A DNA stretch of 64,000 bases from Fimbriosthenelais zetlandica (taxonomy: Eukaryota): the NCBI GenBank assembly GCA_977030845.1, contig OZ365116.1:3720001-3784000 (forward strand), read 5' to 3'. The translations under genes and the position numbers were made by a program. The notes beneath the pieces were generated by a model. That model was not told the DNA's origin. It searched no databases and worked only from the letters and a program-made list of their open reading frames with translations. Below, one piece after another: positions 1-13,800 of the stretch; positions within the stretch are counted from its first letter, which is position 1; each line of letters begins with the position of its first letter.

Positions 1-1250
1 GGGAAGGGCCCGCCTGAGTGGACATGCAAAGGCATATTCCACTTACACTATTGGTATGGTAAACAACTTTCTTACCCTGGAGGGAAAGTTTGTATTCGGG
101 TCCCTGTACAGGGACTGACTTGAACGTGCTAGAAATGTTTTTAGAAAACAAATGTCAAATGTTCAGGCTGCGGCATAAACAAATGGGACAGTCATGCCTG
201 TCTATAATTCCCACTTCCATATACTACTGGGATTCTCTGTAAAGCATTTATTGTATGATCCTATAGATACATTTTCGCCAATGTTTTCTGTGTTGGATGT
301 CCAATGGTTGCCCTAGGGTATATGCCCTCTGTGCCAACTCCCATCAGGGTAGGTGTAAGGGACCTGTAACAAAACAACGGGACAGGTCAACGAACTTCCA
401 TTACCCATGGCAGCGTCACTAGAACAAACAAGCTTTGTAATATAAGTAAGCCACTTGCATCCAGGCCAGAGATCCAACACAAACAAGTTGTCCCGAGGGA
501 TACATAAGCTGCATTCAACTACATCTTGGCCTGGATAAGCAGCATATTGAAAGGGTATCATTTAGCAAGCAGCTACCATTCCCTCCGGAAGTCCATCGTG
601 GAACTAATCAAATGAAGATTAATGGTCTGAGTTGGCCTGTAGGGGGCTGTGCAGTCCCCCTGGAACTAAACCTAGATTTGTCCCTTTACGCTTTACCACA
701 CCCCTTCCGGGCTTATGCCTGTCAATCAATCTGGGTTGAAGGATGGATGGCTTAGGGTTGTGGGTTTTTAACAGAATTGTTTCTAATAGGCTTTCCCTCC
801 CACCTTAAATTTACATGTACATGCATACTGCTTTCTCCTTGTTTTAATTGACTTTGTTGGGACGTGTTAAAAGATTGGAGAGATTTTACTAGTGTTAAAA
901 CTGTGATGATTAATAATAGAATTCCTAATCTTACTCATGAATTCATATATCAATCCATAATATAGTTTTTTTCACTAGGTCATAACTCGAAAGGAAAATA
1001 ACTTTCATTAATTGATGATTACCTTGTATTCCTGATATTGAACTTATTCCTTCTAAGAAGAATACATGACCAGAACTGACCCGGGTCAGGTCTCGGTGGT
1101 GGTATATGTATATAATATACCCCTGGGGCTGAATGTGCATGGATGCTTGTCCCAAGTGCTTCAACTTTAGCCCCAGGGGAACACCGCCTACCCTCCCAGA
1201 ACTACTTTCGGTCAGTTCTATCTAATTATTTCATCCCCATTATCCAAAAA
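1..1250 (-). mobile_element. Possible heavily decayed CR1/L2-like LINE remnant (ORF1 esterase-like and ORF2 AP-endonuclease-like fragments)
   Basis: Minus-strand fragments weakly recall LINE motifs in the expected order. RRCSPGAKVEAL (about 1190-1155) resembles ORF1 SGNH-type CxPGAKV. IPRDNLFVLDLWPGCKWLTYITK (about 500-435) resembles endonuclease IPGYNLFRxDRxxGGGVxIYIK. SIGSYN (about 265-250) resembles xLGDFN. Stops and frameshifts throughout; resemblance judged by eye only. Confidence 0.3.
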
Positions 1251-4200
1251 AAGAACCATTTATTACCGTGGTATCCTCTAGGTCCGAGGTTTACATAATA
1301 TAGGGGAAATACAGTCCTAAATGTTTCATATATTCCCTAAATAGTCCACATCCCCCCAGTCTATGTTAAGGCTATGGGTGGCCAGTATTGGGATGTTCAG
1401 AAGGTGTTAGTTCAATATTAAACCTTTGCTGGCCTGATATACACTGCGTACATCATACCCATGTCCTGTTCATTTAATGTAATAATCTGAATATTGGTGT
1501 CCATCTCGCTGGAGTAACCCTATCGTTTATATTTGTCGTTTTGTGCCACGTATTGTATCATACTAAACCTTACCCCTTCCCGCCATCGGTATACATTTCG
1601 TATGAGAAGAACTATCTAGAGGTAAAAGGAAAATAATCGTTAAGAAACGGATGAATTTTTATGAAGGATTCTGAAAGAAATGTCCTTGTGTTAGTATGCA
1701 ATGATTAAATTAATAGTGTTCATAATTATTCTCTTTCATTGTTTTTAAAAATTTCATTCAAAAGGAAATAGATTTAAATTGAAACGAACAAGACAAGATC
1801 TTCAGCATCTTGTTTTAATGTAAAGGGTGGGGTGTACTGCATTATTCTGGCATTTTTCTGCATCAAAATTCTTATTGCCATCATTGTCAAATGCTTCAAA
1901 TTTAACATGGATAAAATAAGCATAAATAATAAATTATAAGTATTCTACGCCACTCTGTGTATACATCATTAATTCACCTTACCAAAAGTCGCCTGTGTAG
2001 CAGTTGCCATGGTAAAACTTGTGTGTTTGGTTCACCTTATTCCCTGTAGGAGCGCGACTGAAGCGACGATTTCAAGAACGCCGTGGCCAGAGCAGCGGTA
2101 TCAAGAAAGCCAAGAAGCGCGTCAAACAGGAAGTGGTGCACGCCTACCTAGGCACGTACTTCCGGTTCTTGTCTGACCTCCTGAGTGCTGTGTAGTGTCT
2201 GTGATTGTCGCCATTTTGATTTTTTTCTTCACTTGGTCTGTAATTCTGCTTGTATCTTGGCTGTTCTTGAGTCGCGCTTTGAAATGTTTCCACTACTTTT
2301 CAAATGAAGTTGTACACACTGCAATTGATTGTTTCATTCATGATTTAGGTTTTTCGATCAATTGCCACAACTGACGTTTCTTGCTGAATTTTCAAATGGA
2401 TAAGCTAGATATCGATGTGACACAATACTGGATATATTTTGAATAGTAGAGGGGAGAGGGCAATGACAGTGTAAAATATATGCTATTTTTGAAAATTGAT
2501 TACCTGAGAATGCTTGGGAATGAGTAAATAACTGCATTCAAATGCATGCAAACTGCTAATAGCATTTACTAGATATTCAGATGTGTACAACCTTAATTTC
2601 ACTTCTCAAAATCTCAGTGAGAGCTGTTGCATCTTTGACACTTGATTGGTCTGCACGATTGTACACTTTGAATCTAGTTGTTTTACATGTTTTTCAATTA
2701 TCTTAAGGGAAGAGTAACACCTATAGAATCGTGCCACGTACTTTAACGTCTGCATTCGTCTCCTCGCCTGTAAGACTATAAATGTTCTGTTTCGATTTCT
2801 AGGACTCTTATTTGTATATCTCTACTATTAGTCAATCATGATTAATTCAGAATATTTTTCCTATTTTCCTAATGATTTTTAGTATACAGATGGTGCTATA
2901 AGTGTTCTGCCATATTCTTAATGGACCTATATACATGGAAGCATTCTTGTAGAAAAAATGGCTAAGTATAGTCGCATTAATGAAGTGAATATATTTTGAT
3001 ATACCACAGCAAGAACGGCTTTTAGTGACGAGATAGAGCTAGTAGCTTTCCATTGGTTGAATGTATACATGTTCATTAGTTCTGAAATAGACGCAGCATT
3101 TGTATTCATTGGAATTGTTCTCTGGTTCGTTGGGCTTGTGAATATTCAACAGGTTCTCTACAAGTGCAGTCTTAGCTAATAAGATCTTTCAGACTATATT
3201 GCCACCAAATTCTGATTTTTAAAATGTTCTTTTAAAGACAGAATTTTAAATAGTTTTCAAGGACACTCATAAAATATGACCAAGGGGGTATGAGAATTTT
3301 GTAATGGAATTCGTAGACAGGCTTGTGGGACAATATGATGCCCTTTGGAACTCGGTTGGTATTTCCAGCAAAGGAAAATCCGTTTTGCAGCAATCAGTTT
3401 TGATAAAGCTACTGATTAAAGCTTTTGCACATATCCATCGAAGATATGAATAAATGATTGATTTCCCGTGACCTTAACTTTAAATCTTGACTTTTAAAAA
3501 CTTGACATCCATTTGTCAGGCACTAAAGTATCAAAGCATATTCATCCTTGTCCCTGCAGAGGCTAAGAGAAAGATCGCCATTGGGGAAAAGCACCATCAG
3601 AAAGCACTTCAGGCTCTCTCACAATCTGTCAAATAAGTCAATGCCACCAAGCTATAGAAATATGGCCCTCTCTACTCTCCCCTTCCACTCTATCCCTGTC
3701 ACATCTTTGTATGAACCATCAAAGGGATCTTCAAGATCAAAAGTACATAGGAACATTGCGAGATGGCCAGACTCTAACTTCTGGAGGGCTGGGTGGAGAT
3801 CTGCCACCTTTGAATTGTCAGTGACATGAGCTTATAGAGCCGCCCTGCAGGTTTTATTGAGGGGAGATCTTTTGCTCATTGAAAAGTGGTAACTGAATTT
3901 ATGGGCGTCGTTTGCCGTTCCTGCATGAGATGATAATTGAGGTGGAATGTACATGTACTTATCCCTTGAGAATTCGAACTTTGAAGTTTTTCGCGGTTCA
4001 GTACAGATACATGTACCTTTTTTTCAATTTTCATTGAACTTCCCTTTTGAAGTCACAATGATCTTTTGACAATTTCATAACTGATTTATGTTTAAATGTT
4101 AAATATTTTATACTGCGTGTGTGATGTATTACCACATATAGGCATTAATATTAACATTCCCTCCATTATGTCTGTACATGTATGGTGCTTTTGACGGGTC

Positions 4201-6154
4201 ATGGGTATCAACTGCAGTTCAGCAAACAGGCAAAGTGTTATATATCATAGTCTGATAGGTGAATGGCATTCATTGGGGCTGCCTTACACCCACCTAATGC
4301 ATTTAATGCCCAGGTGGGGCTTCCCCTTACTTACAAATACTGTCACCCAATAGACTGCACATTCACTGCCAATTTCTTCACCCCCTACTGCTGCCATTTC
4401 TCTTATGATTCTCGGCTCTATCCTTGTCACTGTCGGTTGCTTAGTTTGTAATTTGCTGATGGTCCTTCCTGGGCCAGCTGGAGGGATCAATTATCTCCGT
4501 TTTCCCCCGAGTAAGGCCCACGGTTTGTGGTCTTATAATGGGTTGGGTATTGGGTTTTGGATTGGAAACTGTTGAAATGCATACGACCAATATAAATGAC
4601 AAGCAGAGACCTCTATTGGGAATTACAGTCACCAAGCTGTGATTCTTCAAGCATATCCTGCTCTTAAAGTAGATTTTGTGAAGGAATTTTAACGGCAACT
4701 TTGCTGTTTTTCTAACTGTTTTTCACGCTGGCATGCATAATTTTGATATGAAAAAGGGGCAGGTACATGTATGTGAATGTAGTGTTGCTTTTAGAAATAT
4801 GTTCTACCCCCAATATGATTACAATGAAGAGTTATGGGTTCCCTAAGGGGGACTTCTACATGTGGGGAGAAGTGGTAAAAATATCAAGGTCAATTGTCAT
4901 TCACTCTGGTCTTTTTATTGCACTCCCGAGTCTTTTCATGTACATGGTAAGACTGATAAATAAAGGCCCTGACAAGTACCCTTCTATCCCAGTTCAATCA
5001 GCCCATCTCCAATCACGAATTTAAGAGGAAATGCTAGACCCAATTGGTGTTTTGGGACTCCTCTGCTGGCATAGAATAAATGACATTTGAATTTTCCTTT
5101 AACAGAAAAAGTATGGTTTGGAACGGAGCTGTCTAAACATTTTGAACTCTCTTTGATCCCACTTATTGTCTTTGTGTTTTTTGTACTTATAAATTTTGGT
5201 CTTAAAAGCTGGCCATTTGTCACAGAGACCATTGTCTTTTTCAGGATTTATTTCCAGGCAGGAAAGTGGGTCTTTTTATTTTTTGCTTTAGAAATATCGT
5301 AGAAAAATGTTTTGTGATTTCTTTTCATTTCCAACCGAGTTTTGATCTATGGGATTTCCTCATGGGAATGCCTTCTCATTTTCACATTTACAAACAAAAA
5401 GATAGATCTCTGGTCGGGAAATTGTGCAGAAATCTCAGAGCAACTGGCGTGGAATTGAAGAATCTCTGAGAGTGTCATTTGTTGCCACCTGAAGAGAGAT
5501 AAACAAGTTGGGTCTGCATGGAATGAGGTAGTCCATCTCCAATCATCTGGGGAGGTGTATGAGAAATAGTTCCCCCTCTGATAAACCAACCATCAAATGT
5601 GCCCTGCTCAGGCCCAGCCCAAGCCTTGCCCTACTACCAACCTTTATCTTAGTAAGGTGTAACCCCTACCTCCCGCTATCGGATTTATAGGCTTATGTCC
5701 AAAGCCCCTGATCTGATGACGTTCAAACGTCGAACCTAGTGACGTTCGGACGTCTTTTGACGGAATTGTGGTCAAGCGAAGTTAGCCTTGGATGTTATTT
5801 TCGCATCACCACTGATGCAACCCTCTGATGGGGGTTGAGCCGTTTTGCCTTTAAGTTAACTCCCAGACTGCATGGTTTTAATGCTTTTCAGTTGAATGCC
5901 CTTTAAATATCTTCCCAATTTATTAATAAAATCTAAAAAAAAACAAAAAACAAAGATTAACAATGTGATTAAATATCTTCCTCCTAAGATTTATACGTGA
6001 ATGTTTTTATTTTCCATTGTGATTTTCATTTATTTCAGAAATGGTTTTGGTTAATTTTTTGTTATAAGCTTTTGACTTGAAGAGCCTATATCCAATGTGT
6101 GGAGACATGTTTATTTTTAAAAGTTGATTTTGATGTATTTATTGGTGTTTACAG

Positions 6155-7865
6155 TGGCGGTGGTGGTAGCTTTCTTCATCTGCTGGGCTCCTTTTCATGC
6201 TCAACGTCTGATGACCGTCTTCGTACCGGACAATCAGTGGACCCAAGAACTCATACAAATACAAAGTATCCTCTTCTATATCTCAGGTCAGTACAGGCTT
6301 TCTTGTCATCTTTAAGAGGAGTACTAAGAGGTCATTCAAAATATTACGTAATCTGGGGGGTAAAGCTTTGCTTTACTCTGTGTCAGGTATAACCTTGCGT
6401 TACGTTAAAGGAGGTTAATTTTGGAGAGAAAAAGCGTTACATTTGTCTAATGGTAATCTCATGAATACATTCTTGAACGTCCTTACTTTTTACCTAACAT
6501 TTGAGTTTGAGTAATATAACGTCGTTCCTTATCCTGTTGTTGAACTATTGGGCCTTTGTGGATTCAAATTGTGGTAATCAGAAAGTACATGAAAGGCTAT
6601 TTGGAAAAAAAGTAGTATAGAAAATGCGGCATTGTAGCAGGTCCCAGCACCACAAATCCATCATGATCATGAATTGGACTAATATAAACGTAAATGTCCG
6701 GAACGACGTAAATGTCCGGAATAAAGGCATTGAATTGAATTGAATAAATGCAGTAGCCTACATATTTGCTTTAGCACTTTTTTTGTTCCTCAAGGAGAGG
6801 AAATATGGTTTAATTGTTGTATGGAGACAATTCTTTTTTCCCTTTCCACCTTGAATTGTATGTATTATATATGTATATATATAATACAGTTAGTCTTTCT
6901 GATAGACAAAATGGTATGGTAATTTGAAGTAGAGGCTATAGGCCTATATAAGTTCTGAATGTGAATGCATTCCCTGGTGATGCTGCAAATGTAACTCGGC
7001 CATCTTGATTATTGTCCACATCCGCCGTTATTGTTCTTTGCTGCTTAAATCCATCCCTAGTTCCTAATTTATCCGACATAATGACACCACAGGGTCTTGA
7101 ATGCAATGTCAGAGACATATAATAATACTAATACTCACATATTACAGTTAAAATATGATCCTGTCCTGAGCCTCATTTGGTCTGATCACTGTAATGCCTA
7201 TGTTTCTTTTGAAGGGGATTTGGAAGCCATTGTAACCTCAGTCTTTCCCTATTTTATTTTCAGGTGTTCTCTACTTTGTCAGCTCTACCGTAAACCCTAT
7301 TCTTTATAACCTGATGTCACGGAAGTACCGTAAAGCCTTTAAGGATACCATGTGTCGCTGCTGTGTGAGCAAGGAGAAGCGGCTTGCTGACCGATCACGT
7401 TTTCTCTCGGAACGTATGTCCAACACTTATGTCACCATGGCTGGGCCATACCATACTAGTAATGACAAATCAGCTTTGTTAGCCCACAGAAGGGCCCAAC
7501 AAGCACGGCAAAAAGCAGACACTGCAAAGCAAGCGACTAAATCAAGACTGGGGGACAGTACAGACCAAAGCGATGGAAAGCCATGGGATTCACTGAAAAC
7601 TAATCTGGCCAAGGAAAATAACAGCGGGGGGCTGGAGGTTAAAAAGGGTGGCGTGGCCCTCAACGGGCAAGTTTGTAATGACGTCAAGTCATCTAATAGG
7701 AACGTCAGTGACAGCCCGTCGTCATCGACGTCATCTTCAAGGGCATTAAAGATGGCGGCCAAGGACGAACTAGAAATGGCCTGCTTGACAGGAGAGGAAA
7801 AACACAAAGAGAAACATCAGGTGATTCGAATGAAAGATCACAAGAAAGGTGGAACCTACCTATAG
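6155..7865 (+). CDS. Class A neuropeptide GPCR, neuromedin U/pyrokinin (PRXamide) receptor-like; last two coding exons (TM6-TM7 and C-tail), 5' exons not found in window
   Basis: Exon 6155-6286 (ttttacag/gtcagt) encodes VAVVVAFFICWAPFHAQRLM with the TM6 CWxP motif. Exon 7264-7865 (cag acceptor, stop at 7863-7865) continues in phase 1: FYISGVLYFVSSTVNPILYNLMSRKYRKAF (NPxxY plus helix 8). The WAPFHAQRL signature is typical of NMU/pyrokinin/CAPA receptors. Confidence 0.88.
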
Positions 7866-10800
7866 GCTAAGCCCAATCTGTCTATTACGACATTGCTTCA
7901 TCATCACTTACTTTTGCGACATTAGAGAGCTATTTTGCGACATTAAAGAGGTACTTTATATGCAAGAAGGGTGATAGATGGTGGTGACCTTTCAGGTTTA
8001 TCACCATCTACTACAGAACACGGACACTTTTCTTCATTATTGTATTACTTCTTTCTTCATACACAAAGAGGATGATGGAATCTTTGTTTAGATGACCTTT
8101 ATATGTTAATGTAGCTTTTAAGAATTTGTCGGAGGAAGACTATCAAAGAGTTTTATCAGTAGAGTTTTATAAGTGAGAGATTAGGACAGGTTTTGGCAGA
8201 TGATTCCTCCAGGTGCTTCAGCAGACTCCTTGAGAGCAGCATTTATTAGATGTAAACATTTATTCCTTCATTAGAATAGAAATATACCGATCTAGGTTTT
8301 TAGAAATTACATAATTATTGTGAAGGCTATTATTGATATTACCGCAGAATCTACTTTTATTGAAGCATTAACTATTTTACATCCTGAGTGCTCAGATATT
8401 TGCTCGATGCCTCAGATACTGTCAGTAGCCTACTTGTTCATGCTCTAGCAAAGAAATGAAACCTATTATAATATATGTGTATATATTGGTGGAATTATAT
8501 ATATATATATCTTTGGAGCCTTTCTTTTCTGGGTGCTACGCTGACATTGTCACATCTCTTGTTATGCTCTTGAAGTATATATTATCAACAGCAGTCTATT
8601 TATCACTGCCATATGATATTGGATGTCAAGTTTTCGTGAATAGTTTCATGTGGTGTCTCACAATAATTTCGTTAATCTTGACATGAGACGTATATTTTAT
8701 CAAAATACACTAATTCTAATACATATATATATTATACACATAAAACTCAGTGCATATTGGGAGCAAATATTATGGAGAAATGTGCGTTTCATTATATTAA
8801 AACAAAAGTTGTGTAGCGTTTGCAATTGTTTCATTGATTCACAAAGCATATAGTGCTTGCTATTGTTAGGTGATTGCTACTGTTGTTGGTTGGTCATGAT
8901 CAAATGTTTTATTAAAACATGGATGTATACAAGGAGGAGATTGATTTGCAAATATAAATCAGTAGCATGATGTGCTGAATATAGTTGATATGCTGGTAGA
9001 TGTTTAATAAGGAATAGGGATTGATTCTGTAAAAGTAACTTCCAAGATGGCGTGATGTGAGGCCACGTGACGACATGATGACGTCAGACAGGCTGAGGAC
9101 GAGGCTAGACCTTGAATAGACGAGACATCGAGGTCGTATATTTGAAGATTTCCAGCCAAGAATATACCATCAATAGGCCTCAGTCTGCGGGAAAGGCTAA
9201 TATGAGTAAAGATTAGATCAATCGATGTGCTGTTCAGAAATAATTGAGGAATGCACATAGAACTAATTCAAAAACACACTCTTCATAGACCTTTACATAC
9301 CTTCAAAATGAGTTCAAATAAATAGTAATTTTAGTAATTATTTGTCTACGTGCTTCCTCGGTTGATATAATTTTGCCATGATTAACACTGCTACAGCAGT
9401 ATAAGATGTCACCAACATTGTGAAGTAACGAAGTCATTTAAATAACCTGAAGCATCTGATTCCTGGGGTAAATTCTCACATGGGGCCCATTTCATAATAT
9501 AGGTATTATTAGATTATGAAACGGACCCTTGTAGGAAAAAAATGCATTCTGATGCTTCTCAAATAATATAAGATTGTTTGCTATTCAAATACCTATTATT
9601 TTCTTATAATAAATATTTCTTGCTCCCAAGATCTCTAGATATAGTGATTGATATGTACGTATACGTATGAATGACCAGACAATATTTATGTATATAGAAT
9701 ATTTATATTAATAAATACAAAGCTTAAGAAATGTATCACAGGCAAAGGATATATGTATCGTGTATATAGATATATGAAATCTATAATTATACAATTCTGT
9801 ACATTCTAGGTATATGACTTTATTGGCAAGTTTGTGAGGATGTTATATATATGTGTATAAAAGTAAAGATGACTACTTCTCATGCCAATAGATCGTGTCT
9901 CATCATGATATAAATTAGTTGGTATAATAACAAAAAGGGCTGATTTTACTGCACGAACAAGTTACATGTCGTGGTTGGAAGGAGGAGGAGCAGAAGTAGT
10001 GGAGTTAGCTTCAGAGCTATTTATATTTAGGTGGAAATAAGCACCACTTATCAAACCAGCATTTCTCTGCTGTTCATTATCTTATGTCAAATTTATGAAA
10101 CTGAATAAAGGAAAATGACACAAAACACCTTCTTTCCCCAGTCTGTGTAAGGTTCCTTTGCTAATTCAGGACTTTGTATTCTGAAAATGAAGTTGCATGG
10201 GGCTTTTCAATTATTTGGGTAGCATTTTGAAATGTACATCGGGCTTGTCTCTATCGATCCGTGGCAAGCTGCCCACTCTAGCTTTTTTAGGCTCCAATAT
10301 AATGATTATATAATATCTTGCATACAGCTGAGGGCACGAAAACAGGTCTTACTTTGCCCTCGATCCTCTATATACATAGATAGAAGGCCTATAGCGTGTC
10401 CAACTATAGAGTGGAAACCTCGGACTGACCAGTGGGCAAGTTCACACACAACAACTCATGTAAAACCTGAGGTAATTCATCTCTCATTAAGTTGTTCTAC
10501 TCGTACTCAGGGTTAGTTTATGGTCGCCAGAAGAAGTCCTTCTTGTGGAGATATTGTGGAGAACAATTCATGATCTCGGGACAACCTGTCATTGTTAAAC
10601 ATGGAAGCCCAGCCCAAGTCTTTATACTGGGAGTGCTCTTATGAGATTAGGACGCTTTCTTCGCCTTCGGTCCTCCCCATTTGTCCCGGAAATTACTCCT
10701 TGAAGTTTTACCATTTTCTCGCCATATACATGCAGGTAAATGTACTTTTCATATATTCACATCTTGTGATTTGACTCATCTGTACTTTAATGTGTCTTGG

Positions 10801-13800
10801 AAATGATGGTTCAGAATGGTTCTGATGGGAGCACTACGGACCTCTGGTGAGAAACATTGGTATATTGAACAATGTAGACGCACTTACCAATGTCCAAGTG
10901 AGAGTCCAAAACTTGTATATAAGCGGTAGAAGGTGCGTGATGATTATGTCATATTTTTCCCCAAAGATTTTCCAAAAAAAACGGCCATCAGCTTTGACAA
11001 GGAGAAAATCTCTCAAATGAACAGAACACAATGCAAAATACTTAATTTATATAATTTCATATTGACATATACATAAAACAATTTGGAGACATTTTCAACG
11101 TATTATATATTTCCATATTCAGTTAAAAGTAATTAAGAATATGAATCCTGACGGAATGATACAGACTTTCAAGCAGACTGGATAATCTGATATACCGGAG
11201 TTATCATGAAGACAAGGTGAGTTAGTATGGCAGGATGGCGTTAGGGGTCAGGAGGAGTCATTTTCTGACAGGGATCAGTAGGGCTAGTTCATCTTTACCC
11301 AAAGCTTGATCACCGCTGATGTCATATACTTGCATTATATGATCTTTGTATTTCTCAAGTTCCTTTCCATCTGGGTCCTGAAGTGGGAAAACAAAGCATA
11401 TAAATATTTGTTTAGAAGTGGGAAAACATAGCATCTAAATGATTCTTTTGGTATATTTTGAAAATTTCAATTAAAAATAGGATGTATCCTTCAGTGGTAT
11501 TAGGCCTCTACGTACCCAATGGAGGGTGCTTAATCTTATATAGTGACTTTATAATGGGGCAATAAGGAACCTATCAATCTTTCATTATGATTAAGCCTTA
11601 TACCCGCAGGCTTTTGCCCTTTTGATCCTGCAAAATGGTAGAGATTGGGCATGCAAAAATGTCATGAATTTTTAATTTTTGTGGGTGTGTTTATTTACCC
11701 TACTTTTATGCAATCAATATAGTCCATAGAAACGATAATTAGGCCTAAGGGAATTTAAGGTGAGTGAACTTCCCTTACTTATGAGTAGGGAACATGAGCC
11801 CTAAAATTTAAAACATTAAATTGAAGGTTTTATTGAACATTATCATTCTTACCTGCCCGCCTTTCTTCATGAAATCTCTGATGAATGCAAATAGTTCTGC
11901 ACCGGCAATTTTTCCGTCCCCATTCTGTGAAAAAAGAACAAAGATGACAGTATTTGGTATTACAAAAATCGTGAAACGGTTGAGTAAATAATTTATTTTT
12001 TAAATGCTGAAAATTCAAGTTGTATAATGCATTGTACTAAACTTAATATGCTTACTTTGTCGTAATGATCAAAGACTTCCAGAAACTGTTTTCTTGTCAG
12101 CTGAAATATAATTTATCATGATGAATGTAAGGATATAATAGGCGTGGAGAGAGAAGACTTTAAGTGGATAAAAATTACGAAAGCTTGATTTACAATTTCG
12201 TATTCCATAATAGTATTTAATCATCTATTAAAACTAAATAACGAACTGTTTTAATATGTCAAGCTTGCCTTGGATCCTCTGTATCTGTCGAGGAAATTAT
12301 CCTCGACCCGAAGGAATCTGTAATAAAATGTATAGAAAATGTTAACACCGATATCATTTACATTCAAATACATGTATCCAATATTCATGTATTATATATT
12401 GGCTCTTAACGATCTAATTGTTCATATCAATGGAAAATCAAAAGATAGATATATTCTCTAAGTTAACCATACATGCAGTGGAAATATCTTTCTCTTTGGG
12501 AGGGAAATATCTGTTAATTTTTAATACTAACGTAGACAGTTCAGAAAGACTGATGACGCCGTCTGCATTACAGTCTATAGCACTGAGAATGGCCACCTTC
12601 AGAGAGTCTACAGCTGCTGAGCTAGCTTCCTACAAAAAGACGTAGAAAAATAGTCATTAGTGAGCACATAAAAGGCTGCAGGAATAAATACAGGGGTATC
12701 AAAAGGAGGTAGTGCTATGGGAAAACTGCCCTGTCCCCGAAATATTTGGAGACAGTTGAGCTTTATATCTCTTTATCACAGAAAGAAATCTCAAACTCAA
12801 TTGTTTTTTTGAAATATTTAGTAGAATTAATTTTTGTGTCCGAAAGGGCACACGTTTGTGGCGTCCGACAATGGCACTTTGGTCCCAAAATGACACTTGG
12901 GGGCTAAAAGGGCACCTGGGGCCCAAAATGGCAGTAGAGATTTTACTATGAATTGATCATAAAGTCTGATTGCCTCACCTTGCCCTGCCCTTTCAGGTAA
13001 TCAATAACAAAATCCTGAAGTTCATCCTGGTCCATGTAGCCACTCCGATCCTGTTTAATGACAATTTTTGGGGAAAAAATGAACAACTCTCAAAAAATAA
13101 TTACCATATTATCACAATATGTAACCCACTTATGACATGTTTTACCATGTAAGCAACACAACTTATTTCAAGTAGAAATTTTAACTGCCATTATAAGGTA
13201 CAAACTTCTTTGAAGATGTTTTTTATCATAGAGAAGATCCGGTGCAATGTGTTAGGATGGTAGGATCTCTAATCGATATAAGAAACAGATTGTATTGATT
13301 ATAGGCTTTGATGTGAATACTTGATGAGATCTACCTTGTCGTATGTCAGCCAGACCCTCATAAAATCCACGCAATGCATGTCTGTCAACAAAACAGACAG
13401 AAAACACGTCTGGAAAGTTATCTCAACTTGTGTTCTGATCTATTCAATGAGCTGAAAATTGCATGTAATGTTTCAGCAGAAATAATTTTACCTTTAAATT
13501 TTAAACAAGAACAAAATGCTATATTTCTTCTTGAGAAGAAAATTACATATTAGTGTAAAAATTGGCGGAAAAGACATATAGAAATACATATAGGAGGGCG
13601 CTCTGCGTCATAATGGGAGATGTTGGGGCGGGTCTCCACCCCAACTCTATATTAAATATTAATGGATACATATTTCAGGGTGTTTAAACATGATTATATA
13701 CCATTTATTATCGACTCCGAATCATACACGCGCCAAATCTACTTGGTTTAAGTGAGCCTTTAGGTCCCCTTCGCATTTGCCAGGTGAATGAACACAGATT

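Noticed and set aside
3550-5620. Coding-like decayed sequence on the minus strand, including IFL*LGGIDL (SGNH HLGGNDL-like) near 3680-3650
   Set aside because: Possibly a retroelement relic, but there are too many stops and no RT, integrase or recombinase motif that I could identify.
6385-6725. Short hairpin and duplicated cgtaaatgtccggaa in the GPCR intron
   Set aside because: MITE-like, but I could not define termini or a TSD.
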